Source: Patescibacteria group bacterium (lineage in GTDB: Bacteria; Patescibacteriota; Patescibacteriia; JACRDY01). Taken from it: a stretch of 64,000 bases of DNA. The notes below the pieces were generated by a model. The model was not told where the DNA came from. It ran no database searches and saw only the letters and a program-made list of their open reading frames with translations. Positions 22,815 to 31,580 of the stretch are shown piece by piece. The DNA is taken from assembly GCA_041653535.1 (NCBI GenBank), contig JBAZFH010000001.1, forward strand, positions 6,052-70,051. The letters are read 5' to 3'. Position 1 is the first letter of the stretch. Each line of letters begins with the position of its first letter. Both the position numbers and the translations under genes were made by a program.

Positions 22815-23591
22815 ATGGCTCAGCCAATGACGTCCGAACAGGAAAGGCAGATCAAGAGGTTCTTCGAAGATGCTCTCATCGGTCTCGGATTGACGAAGGA
22901 CCAAGCGCAAACCCTGATTACTTCCGGCGGAGAGTTCCAGCAAGAAGTGAAGGATCTGATGCTGGCTTTCGTCACCGGAAAGCAGGTGTACAAGTTGGCC
23001 CGCGCCATTCTCGGGAACGATTTCATCACCCCCGAAGAGGTGGCCAAGACCCGCGGCATCACCTACACCGAAGAACAGCTCCGTCAATTCAGCAACACCC
23101 TTCCCAAGGTCGAAGTGCTCCAGTGGCTCCGCGAACACGGCTACATGCTGGTTCCCGGACCGGCCAACCCCATCGCGTTACTCGACATTCGCGTCATGAA
23201 CGCCACTTACTTCTACAGCAAGGAAGGCGGTTGGTACGCGAATGACAGCGAGAAGTTCTCGCGCGATGACAAGGCGGCGGTCAAATGGCTCGCTGTCCGC
23301 AAGGACATCGTACCCGACTCCACCAGCAAAACCTGGGAAGAGCAAACGGTGCTTCTGTCGTCCGACGAGTACGTCCCGAACGCCGGTGAATTCGCCTGGG
23401 CCATCACCACGTACTACGCCGTTCGTGGCATCTACCTGTTCCCGGGTCTCTACGCCCGCACCTCTTCCGTGGGCTCTGACGGCGGTCGCGTCGATCTGGG
23501 CGATTTCGGCTCGAGCGGCCTGCGCGTCGACTACTATTTCGACGACAATCGCTCTGGCGATCTCGGCGTCGCTTCGGCCCGGAAGTTGTAG
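22815..23591 (+). CDS. C-type-lectin-fold protein with a DGR variable-region-like C-terminus
   Basis: Ends RTSS....G.RV.LG.F...GL.V......R...LGVASARK, typical of CPR DGR targets; visibly GC-richer codon usage than neighbours; AGGAGG RBS. Confidence 0.75.
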   Translation: MAQPMTSEQERQIKRFFEDALIGLGLTKDQAQTLITSGGEFQQEVKDLMLAFVTGKQVYKLARAILGNDFITPEEVAKTRGITYTEEQLRQFSNTLPKVEVLQWLREHGYMLVPGPANPIALLDIRVMNATYFYSKEGGWYANDSEKFSRDDKAAVKWLAVRKDIVPDSTSKTWEEQTVLLSSDEYVPNAGEFAWAITTYYAVRGIYLFPGLYARTSSVGSDGGRVDLGDFGSSGLRVDYYFDDNRSGDLGVASARKL

Positions 23592-23774
23592 GACTTCGGT
23601 TCTCGGCTTCTTGTCCCTTTTGGATTTTTGGTCTTCCGCCACGCAGTGGCGGTCGCGATAAAATCGCAATCACGGCTCAACTTCGGTTGAGCCTTTTCTT
23701 TTTTGATAAATTTTTAAAGGTAAGATGTGGCGGAATTTTTTTATTTCCGAGGATATGTTAAACTACTAAACACT

Positions 23775-25049
23775 ATGCAATATATCGCCGATCTACATAT
23801 TCACTCCAAATATTCTCGAGCCTGCAGCCCGCAGCTGACGCTGGAAAATATCAGCAAGTACTGCGCCATCAAAGGCGTTGACGTGGTAGCAACAGGGGAC
23901 TTTACCCACCCGATTTGGTTTAAAGAAATAGAAACTAAACTGGTCGAAGACGGGAGTGGAATCTATAAACTGAGAAATGCCGATGACAAAACGCGTTTTG
24001 TTTTGAGTACGGAGATTAGCTGTATTTATTCCAAGAGTGTTCCAGGCCAAAAAGAAGGATCAAAAAAAGTTCGTCGGCTGCATATTGTTGTTTTGGCGCC
24101 GGATATTGATACGGTAAGAAAGATAAATGAGACTCTTGGTAAAATCGGCAACCTGCGTTCCGATGGTCGGCCGATACTTGGCCTAGACGCCAAGCGACTA
24201 GCGCAAATAGTTTTTGATATCTCACCTCGCTGTATGGTAATCCCGGCGCACGCCTGGACACCGTGGTTTGCGGTATTTGGTAGCAAGTCCGGATTTGATT
24301 CGCTGCAAGAATGTTTTGAAGAGTACACGGATAAAATTTATGCGATTGAAACAGGACTATCTTCCGACCCGCCAATGAACTGGCGACTGTCAGCTCTTGA
24401 TAATGTCGCTCTGATTTCGAACTCCGACGCACATTCACTACCTAATATCGGCCGCGAAGCTAACGTGTTTGATTTGCCGGAACTAACTTACGACCAGATT
24501 TGCGATGCGATAAAAGATAAAGATAAAAAAAGATTTCTTTATACCATAGAGTTTTACCCCGAAGAGGGGATGTATCACTTTGACGGTCATCGGGATTGTG
24601 CCGTTTGTTTACCGCCAAGCGAGACTAGAAAACAAAAAGGTGTTTGTCCAAAGTGCAAAAAATATTTAACTGTGGGGGTGTTAAGTCGCATCGAAGAGTT
24701 GGCTGATCGACCGGAAGGGTTTATGCCGCCAGAGGCGATACCTTACAAAAGCTTGGTAGAACTAGACAAAATTATTGCCGAAAGTTTAAACATCAAATCT
24801 CGTCAGTCAAAAGGCGTACAGAGTGAATACGATAATTTGGTGAAAAAGGGGAAAAACGAAATGAATGTTTTATTAAACCTTGATTATAAGGAACTAGAAA
24901 AAATTACATCTTCAAAAATAGTTGAAGGCATCCGCCGTGTTCGTGAGGGAAAACTGATTATCCGCCCCGGATTTGACGGACAGTACGGAAAAATAGAAAT
25001 TTTTTCTCCGGCAGAGCGCGAAGAAAGTTTTCAGAAAAAACTACTTTAG
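23775..25049 (+). CDS. Endonuclease Q family (PHP domain + Zn ribbon) protein
   Basis: ADLHIHSKYSRACS, TGDFTHP, PAHAWTP, ETGLSSD, NSDAHS, GREAN, CPKC, PGFDGQYG. Confidence 0.9.
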   Translation: MQYIADLHIHSKYSRACSPQLTLENISKYCAIKGVDVVATGDFTHPIWFKEIETKLVEDGSGIYKLRNADDKTRFVLSTEISCIYSKSVPGQKEGSKKVRRLHIVVLAPDIDTVRKINETLGKIGNLRSDGRPILGLDAKRLAQIVFDISPRCMVIPAHAWTPWFAVFGSKSGFDSLQECFEEYTDKIYAIETGLSSDPPMNWRLSALDNVALISNSDAHSLPNIGREANVFDLPELTYDQICDAIKDKDKKRFLYTIEFYPEEGMYHFDGHRDCAVCLPPSETRKQKGVCPKCKKYLTVGVLSRIEELADRPEGFMPPEAIPYKSLVELDKIIAESLNIKSRQSKGVQSEYDNLVKKGKNEMNVLLNLDYKELEKITSSKIVEGIRRVREGKLIIRPGFDGQYGKIEIFSPAEREESFQKKLL

Positions 25050-25119
25050 ATAAATAATTCTTGATCAAAAAAACCCACTGTAACTACAATGGATTTTTTT
25101 GTTTGAGATAAAGAGATAC

Positions 25120-25224
25120 TTATCTCTTTTTAGCCTTTTTAGCCTTCTTTGCCTTTTTAGCCTTCTTTGCTGGCTTTTTGGCTTTTTTTACGGCTTTTTT
25201 GGCTGCTTTTTTCTTTTTAGCCAT
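25120..25224 (-). CDS. 34-aa Lys/Ala-rich histone-H1-like basic peptide
   Basis: MAKKKKAAKKAVKKAKKPAKKAKKAKKAKKAKKR; synonymous codon variation within the repeat suggests coding. Confidence 0.7.
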   Translation of the reverse strand: MAKKKKAAKKAVKKAKKPAKKAKKAKKAKKAKKR

Positions 25225-25506
25225 AGTTTTTGTTTTTGAGAGAATAGTTTTAAAATTTTTTCTCTCTTACAAATTATTTTTAAAAATAACTTGTGAGAAG
25301 TTTTTTTGCTAAAAAAGCAAAAATATTTCTCTACGACTATAATTATAGCATTTTTTTGCCACCTTAACAATAATTCAGTTAAATAAAACTGTGGATAACT
25401 TTATTTTTTTAAAGAAAAATTTTTTTTAAAAGTTTTTATTTTGAAAAATAATAAATTTTTTTATTATTTTTTTTATACAAATAAAAAATGATTCCCGAGG
25501 GGGGAA

Positions 25507-25905
25507 TCATTTGATGATGATTTCAAGTGTTGGATCGATTTTGGAGCAGGCTTCGGCCACGAGTCGGCGGTGACAATGTTCCGGCGTGTCCTCGATGCAC
25601 ATAATAGTGACATCGCCGGCACGCGCCATGCGAATTAGGTGCTCGAGCCACATTTGGGTTATCGGGCGCGCCAGGTGTTCGTCGAACCTTGCGGAAAATT
25701 CCGACCAGGTCATCCCATTTTTGTAATAGGCGCCGATCAGTTTTGGTGGGGGAGCTAATTCCTTCATTGTTCGATTAAAGAGGTCTTCGGTAATACGCGG
25801 GTCAGGGGTGGTGCCGTCGGATAAGGTGTGCCGACTCATGATGGAGATGCGCAGACCGTCGTTTTGCTCTTTTGGTGCTAGAATTGATTTGGTTTTGAGG
25901 GGCAA
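25507..25905 (-). CDS. DUF488 (YeaO-like) family protein
   Basis: DG.RI, ELAP, V.IMC.E..P..CHR..VA motifs; TTG start with AGGAG RBS. Confidence 0.85.
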   Translation of the reverse strand: MPLKTKSILAPKEQNDGLRISIMSRHTLSDGTTPDPRITEDLFNRTMKELAPPPKLIGAYYKNGMTWSEFSARFDEHLARPITQMWLEHLIRMARAGDVTIMCIEDTPEHCHRRLVAEACSKIDPTLEIIIK

Positions 25906-26104
25906 TGGGTTATCTCCTTTTTGAAAATTGGTTTTGATGGTCGTCCTAGATTACTGCAATTCGGCAGAAAAAGCAATATCCACAGCCTGATTGACAGCTG
26001 GCTGGTTATGCTTTATAATAATTAGTCCTTTAACAATCTATAAACGATCACGTTGTGTTCCTACTGTATTATAAATAGCCATAGGCTATGGAAAGGAGAG
26101 CGCA

Positions 26105-26425
26105 ATGTCTCTGATTTGTATTGAGAATGGAAGGGATGTCATTTTTGGCGAGACGTTGATGGCTGCGACCCGGCCGGGCGGAAAAATATTTTCGGCTCTG
26201 AGTCCGGAAGTGATCGATTCGATTCCCGAGACGGAACGTAAATATCAGCCGTCGCAACCGGGAGAAGGTGGTGTTCACATCCACCTGGCGACATCGGATA
26301 TAAACTGGAACGGCGCTTATACAGTCGTTGATTTCGCCTTGGGCGAGTTTTTTTTCTCGATTTCCGAGGAAACCGCCGTCAGGTATTTGCCCAACTTCGT
26401 TGGGCGGTTTCCGGCTACTGCCTAA
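26105..26425 (+). CDS. Hypothetical protein
   Basis: 106 aa, AAAGGAG RBS, terminator at 26436-26462. Confidence 0.65.
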   Translation: MSLICIENGRDVIFGETLMAATRPGGKIFSALSPEVIDSIPETERKYQPSQPGEGGVHIHLATSDINWNGAYTVVDFALGEFFFSISEETAVRYLPNFVGRFPATA

Positions 26426-26476
26426 ACTCAACAACAAAACCCCGTCGAAAGATGGGGTTTTTGCTATCCGAAATTT

Positions 26477-26821
26477 TTATTTTAAAACATCCAACATTTC
26501 TAGTAATTCTTGTTTTATGTTATTAGGTGGAACAGTGTCTTGGCTCGGATACTGTTCTTTCAGTTCGTACAGTCTTTGTTTTAAATCTTCCAACCTTTTT
26601 ATGATAGCGGTATACTTTGCTATTCCAACTTCATTTTTTACCTCTTTGCTGCTTAAGTACGTTTCAATAATAAAAACACGGGTGCCAAAACACGCCATCC
26701 AGGAATTACTAGTCCTAGCAAATTCTTCCTCGATTTTAGTTGATGAGTTCATGATCGCATCTTGCGCTTCCTGGAGGCTGGTTTTGGTCTGTTCACTAGA
26801 TGGACTTGGTTCTTTTATCAT
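26477..26821 (-). CDS. Hypothetical helical protein
   Basis: 114 aa ORF converging on the shared terminator. Confidence 0.6.
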   Translation of the reverse strand: MIKEPSPSSEQTKTSLQEAQDAIMNSSTKIEEEFARTSNSWMACFGTRVFIIETYLSSKEVKNEVGIAKYTAIIKRLEDLKQRLYELKEQYPSQDTVPPNNIKQELLEMLDVLK

Positions 26822-26917
26822 ACGAATTTTTATAAGTGGCTGCGTTCTTAGCTTAAATTAAATAATAAATTAAGTCAATTTGAAATAAAAGAAGGGACTA
26901 CGTTGTCCCTTCAAGGT

Positions 26918-27337
26918 TTAAGAATTGATAATCCTTTCCGCCAGTATACAGGCGTGGAGAAAGCCTTTTTCGTTGTAGCCGGTGTAAGCTAGAGGAACGC
27001 CGTTGGGCATGGACGACAGATTAAATGTCGCATCCTCAATCAAGGACTGACCGGGATTTTTGGTGAAACGAACTCCAAAAATTGGGATACTCCTTTCTTT
27101 TAGATAACCGGCGATAACACCCGGTAGTCCAGTCGCTGTTGCTGCGCCTCCAATAATCACTTTGAGATTTTTGTTTTTAAGCGACTCGATGATTTTTGCG
27201 TTGGTTTTTTGAGGTTCTCTGTGGGTTGAGCTTACGATGACTTCATGTTTTACGCTATGTTGGTTGAGATACTCCAGTCCATCATGTAAAAAATGTTCGT
27301 CACTTGAACTTCCGATCATGATAATCAAATGAACCAT
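26918..27337 (-). CDS. PurE/AIR carboxylase family protein (divergent)
   Basis: IMIGSSSD, V.STHREP, VIIGGA, LPGVIAG, PIFGV, MP.GVP.A motifs. Confidence 0.8.
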   Translation of the reverse strand: MVHLIIMIGSSSDEHFLHDGLEYLNQHSVKHEVIVSSTHREPQKTNAKIIESLKNKNLKVIIGGAATATGLPGVIAGYLKERSIPIFGVRFTKNPGQSLIEDATFNLSSMPNGVPLAYTGYNEKGFLHACILAERIINS

Positions 27338-27407
27338 CTTGTCCTCCTGTGTATTTTTTGTTACTTCTAGAGTGGTATTTCAGCTAATTTTTTGGACGAA
27401 AAAATTT

Positions 27408-28733
27408 TTAATAACGCAGGGAATCTTCGGCCATTTTCGTTATAGTTTCACCTTCAAAGTTGTAAAGCTTTACTTGAGTCTTTGAAAACGGATTAATACT
27501 TTGTGGGGTTATAACAACGAAATTCATGGTTGTTAGATCGGGATTGTGATCGATCCAGGTGCCGGAGTTTGCATAGATTGATTTTTTTCCATTGTGATTA
27601 TTAGACGAAATGATTTTCGCAACATGGGTATGTCCAAAAATAACAATTCTCTTATCAGAATCAGGGTTCATGAAATATTGTACTATTGCCTGATTATCCG
27701 TTTCTTCCGCGGAAGAAGCCTTGGCAATAGCTTGATCTACGGGAATATTGACGGCCACTTTGTTGATAGTTTGTCTTTGGTCCCAAGTATCCTGGATTCC
27801 CTTGAAGAGATTAACGTCCAGTTTTCCGCCGGCTGTTAGTTGATAGGGTAGCAGGTCGTTAACCGCATATGTTTTGGTGAACCCATCAACGTTTGTTACG
27901 ATAATTTTTTCGCTAAGTCTCTCTTTTATCGGCAGATAATTTATCGCCCATTCCCAAAGTTTCCAATAGGCAAACAACGAGTTTTGGCTTGCGTCACCAG
28001 AAATATTTGGTGTAACAACTGGCATGGTATCGCCCGGTTGTGGATTTTTTTGTATCACGTGAAGAGCAGCTATTCTGGTAAAAAAGTATCCCGGAGGCAT
28101 TATGGTCCCCGGTGCGACAGCTTGGTTGGAAATCGGATCTGGCGCGCAGAAAAAATTGTACCGATGACCGTGCTCAATAGCAATTTTCGGATAATCAGTC
28201 GGTGAATAAGTGCCCAAGCCTTGCTCTTTGTCTCGTACCTGATTTATTCCCGGGAGAATAAGGTCAATATTTTCCGCAGTTATTGTCAGATCATGGTTTC
28301 CGGGAACATAGGTGACCAAAATTTTTCCGGATTTGATTATGTCGTTAAAAGCATCAATCACGTCTTTGTTTGTTGCCGCAATACGCTGTACAAAATCACG
28401 TTGATCTTTTCCGGCATAAGTATCTATTGTTGCTGGCACAAACCATTCATCGAGCAGGTCTCCGGCTATAACTAACTCCTTGATGTTTGGTGATGCGCTG
28501 ATTTGTTTGAGTAGTTTTTGGAGAGAGGAGAGGTTTTTGTTGCACTCGGCATAAGCGATGTCGGCACCAAGATGAAGGTCGCTGAGAACGACTATCATAT
28601 TCCTTTTGTTTCCTCCGTTTGAAAATTGGTCTATTGGGTCAGTCGATTTTAATCTGCCGTACAATACAAAGGCAACTAAAAAGACTATGATAATGATGAT
28701 AACTCCACTTAAAATTTTTGCTGTTTTTTTCAT
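27408..28733 (-). CDS. Calcineurin-like metallophosphoesterase, exported or membrane-anchored
   Basis: LSDLHLG, AGDLLD, PGNHD, EHGH, FGHTH, NSGTW motifs; N-terminal TM. Confidence 0.9.
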   Translation of the reverse strand: MKKTAKILSGVIIIIIVFLVAFVLYGRLKSTDPIDQFSNGGNKRNMIVVLSDLHLGADIAYAECNKNLSSLQKLLKQISASPNIKELVIAGDLLDEWFVPATIDTYAGKDQRDFVQRIAATNKDVIDAFNDIIKSGKILVTYVPGNHDLTITAENIDLILPGINQVRDKEQGLGTYSPTDYPKIAIEHGHRYNFFCAPDPISNQAVAPGTIMPPGYFFTRIAALHVIQKNPQPGDTMPVVTPNISGDASQNSLFAYWKLWEWAINYLPIKERLSEKIIVTNVDGFTKTYAVNDLLPYQLTAGGKLDVNLFKGIQDTWDQRQTINKVAVNIPVDQAIAKASSAEETDNQAIVQYFMNPDSDKRIVIFGHTHVAKIISSNNHNGKKSIYANSGTWIDHNPDLTTMNFVVITPQSINPFSKTQVKLYNFEGETITKMAEDSLRY

Positions 28734-28779
28734 AGTATAAAATTATTTATTTTGTCTGTTATGTTTAAAAATTTATTGT

Positions 28780-28967
28780 TGATAACGTTTTGGCGTAGGC
28801 GAAGTTCGTTTGAAGCAATTTGCCATAATCTTGTGACTGCCCACCGCAGCTTTAGTATAGGCGGGAGCATTGACAAACTATAACGTCAGGGATAAAAGAA
28901 GTTTTCGGAGCATAGCTAAAGAAAAATTTGGGTGTAGCGTAGCGCAACCAGATATGCCGTGTTAGAC
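28780..28967 (-). mobile_element. attC-like recombination site remnants
   Basis: GTCTAAC (RYYYAAC) overlapping the cassette stop codon, then two AACTTC-N~12-ACGTTAT right-end motifs (GTT at 28884 and 28786). Confidence 0.55.
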
Positions 28968-29507
28968 GATATTGCCGTGTGAATTTCGAAAAGGAAAAAT
29001 TGCGTCCTTGATATTGCGCTCAAAGAAATTAAGGTGCGCCGTTCCTGTAATAATTACAATATTACCACCTTCAATAATATTTGCCTCAACGTTTTTAAGC
29101 ATCTCATTCTCGCGCGCCCTCTCTTTATCTTGGTCAATTAGTTTATCTAGGCCATCAACATCTAGCAATTTTTCATTTTCGATTTTATTAAAGTTCTTCC
29201 ATGATAACTTTTTTATCAATTTTTTTTGTTTCTCAATCATCGCTTGATTATCCTCGGGCATAACGCCCTCCCGAAAAACATCTATTTTTGAATCGAAACC
29301 CGCTACGTTCACATTATTATTTTTAGCCCATTCAAACGCAAATATCATTTCGGGAGGGTATGAACTTAAATCTTTTTTAACAATATCATCGTTAGCTATC
29401 TCAACCAATAGTTGGTCAGGCTCAAAACTTTCAATAACCTCTTTAAGTTCATTGTTTGGCGTTATGCCAGCGTGTAAAGTGCCAATAACTATGATTTTTC
29501 TCGGCAT
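28962..29507 (-). CDS. Hypothetical protein carried as a putative gene cassette (loosely TraB/ChaN-like motifs)
   Basis: IIVIGTLH, PD.LLVE, GFD, RE.EM, IITG.AH; bracketed by 25-bp imperfect inverted ends. Confidence 0.7.
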   Translation of the reverse strand: MPRKIIVIGTLHAGITPNNELKEVIESFEPDQLLVEIANDDIVKKDLSSYPPEMIFAFEWAKNNNVNVAGFDSKIDVFREGVMPEDNQAMIEKQKKLIKKLSWKNFNKIENEKLLDVDGLDKLIDQDKERARENEMLKNVEANIIEGGNIVIITGTAHLNFFERNIKDAIFPFRNSHGNIV

Positions 29508-29703
29508 AAAAAATTGATAAAAAAATAATTCACACGGCAATTTCACATAACTAGCTACTATCTGCAGTGTTTGGGTGATAAGTGCCGTTTTTGGTGTGTT
29601 GTGCGCGGAGTTTAGAAGGATTTAATCTTTACTAAAGTACTGTGGATAGTAGAATAAGATAAATTGATTTATCTTATCTAAATTTAGCAAATAACCAAAT
29701 TTT

Positions 29704-30525
29704 ATGCAAGATGTCAAGAATTATCTAGAGAGAACTAAAACAGAGCTAAGATTAAAAAATTATAGCTCAAAGACCGAGAAAAGTTATCTTCGTTGTTTGG
29801 CGGAATACTTGGCTTATCTTGGTACGGAAACGCCAAGCGTTAACACCGATGCGATCAAAAGATTTTTGCTGGAAAAACAGTCATCTGGCAAAGCGCCGCA
29901 AACGGTCAATTTTTATCTCAATGCGATTAACTTTTTTTATCGCGAAGTCTTGGCTCTGCCAGCCAGGGTAGAGATTAAATTTGCCAAGCGATCCAAAAAA
30001 TTGCCGGTGGTTTTGTCTCGCGAGGAAGTACAAAAAATTATTACCGCGCCGAAAAACTCGAAGCATCGTTGTCTTTTGGCATTGACTTATGGTTCGGGAC
30101 TGCGCGTCAGCGAAGTGGTTAGTCTAAAAATCGGTGATCTGGATTTTGATCGAATGCTTATTCATCTCAAAGACGCCAAGGGTAATAAAGATCGCTTGAC
30201 GCTTTTGCCGGAAAGTTTATTGCTAGATTTAAAAAACCTTATCGCGAGTCGAGAGGCGAGTGACTATCTTTTTTCCAGTGAACGCGGTGGAGCGCTGTCT
30301 AGTCGAACCGCTCAGGCGATTTTTTACCTGGCGTTAGAAAAATCAGGGGTTACCAAAGCGGTTACTTTTCATTCTTTACGGCACAGTTTTGCTACACATT
30401 TGCTGGAAAACGGAGTGGATATTCGTTATGTGCAGGAGTTGCTCGGTCATAACAGTATCAAGACTACTCAGATTTATACGCATATGACCAGCTTGGGACT
30501 AAAAAACATCAAAAGCCCTCTTTGA
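29704..30525 (+). CDS. Tyrosine recombinase, integron-integrase-like (N-terminal SAM-like domain), lacking the IntI-specific insertion
   Basis: YS.KT.KSY, KLPVVLS.EEV, YGSGLRVSE, KG.KDR, HSLRHSFATHLLE.G.DIR.VQELLGH...TT.IYTH; only 273 aa. Confidence 0.88.
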   Translation: MQDVKNYLERTKTELRLKNYSSKTEKSYLRCLAEYLAYLGTETPSVNTDAIKRFLLEKQSSGKAPQTVNFYLNAINFFYREVLALPARVEIKFAKRSKKLPVVLSREEVQKIITAPKNSKHRCLLALTYGSGLRVSEVVSLKIGDLDFDRMLIHLKDAKGNKDRLTLLPESLLLDLKNLIASREASDYLFSSERGGALSSRTAQAIFYLALEKSGVTKAVTFHSLRHSFATHLLENGVDIRYVQELLGHNSIKTTQIYTHMTSLGLKNIKSPL

Positions 30526-30579
30526 TATTCAGATCTTTTGCCGTCATTAAAATATTTTTTCCTCGTCTGACGATCGAGA

Positions 30580-31107
30580 TTATTGTTTATTTTTTGTATC
30601 CGGATATCTGATGGTTATAGTGAATGTTGATTCGTTGGCATCAATATTTTCCAGTCTGGATAAAAGGTCAAATACCGTATTTTCCGTAATATCTTCTTTT
30701 AACCTGATAATTAAAGCATAGTTAATACCGAGTTTTTTATACAAATCTTCCATTTGTTTGAATTTTTTTTGTTTGTTTATCACCACGACACTTTTACCAC
30801 TAGTCACGTCAACAGCGTATGTTTTTCCGTTAAATCTAAAAAGCAGATCGATGCCTAACAGTCGGTCTGTTAATGTTTCGTTTGACAGGTCGGACAAACT
30901 CAATCCTTCTTTTTGTAGTTTTTGTACGACTAATTCATATCTTTGTGGTAACTCTCGTCTGACATGTTCCAATATTTTTTCTCTACTTTCTTGTAAAGAC
31001 AAAACCTCCACTCCTAAGTCTTTCGCTATTTCAAATAAAACCCGCATTCTTTCCTCTGCCAGTTTGGATATTTCGTTAGTGAAATTTGGAACTATTTCTT
31101 TTTCCAT
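30580..31107 (-). CDS. Hypothetical protein, possible PD-(D/E)XK-like fold
   Basis: D...GIDLL.......AVDVT pattern. Confidence 0.6.
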   Translation of the reverse strand: MEKEIVPNFTNEISKLAEERMRVLFEIAKDLGVEVLSLQESREKILEHVRRELPQRYELVVQKLQKEGLSLSDLSNETLTDRLLGIDLLFRFNGKTYAVDVTSGKSVVVINKQKKFKQMEDLYKKLGINYALIIRLKEDITENTVFDLLSRLENIDANESTFTITIRYPDTKNKQ

Positions 31108-31263
31108 AAAATTATTTTGGTAATTCTATGTTAATTTGATAATATATCATATAACAAATCCTCTCTGAATTTAACAGATAAATTGAATTTAGGCAATTTC
31201 ATTGCAGTTGACTAAGATAAGTTCCATATAAAAAAACACTGTTTTTAAAAGTGTTTTTTTATA

Positions 31264-31336
31264 TGGACCCGACCGGGCTCGAACCGGTCACCCCCTGCTT
31301 GCAAAGCAGGTGCTCTACCAAATGAGCTACGGGCCC
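31264..31336 (-). tRNA. tRNA-Ala(TGC), CCA not encoded
   Basis: GGGCCCG acceptor; CCTGC-TT-TGC-AA-GCAGG arm; GTTCGA. Confidence 0.93.
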
Positions 31337-31580
31337 CCACACCAACCTTAAACCACTGGTAATTTGTCGAAAATAAAGTTTTTAACAAAATGACTTTTTT
31401 AGTCCTTTGAATATTGTTATCAAAGTTGGTCTGGGGGTACGCCTAAAACGGTAAAAAGTGCCTATATAATATAGGAGAAAGGTGAAATAGTCAACAGTTT
31501 AACAATATTTAATAGTTTTTTTAGAATTATTTTACCCTCGCCGCGTTAATATTTGGCTAGATAATAAATAGTCTAATTTT

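Noticed and set aside
25225-25500. Very AT-rich tract with a DnaA-box-like TGTGGATAA as oriC
   Set aside because: Single box and no dnaA/dnaN context; more simply a promoter region
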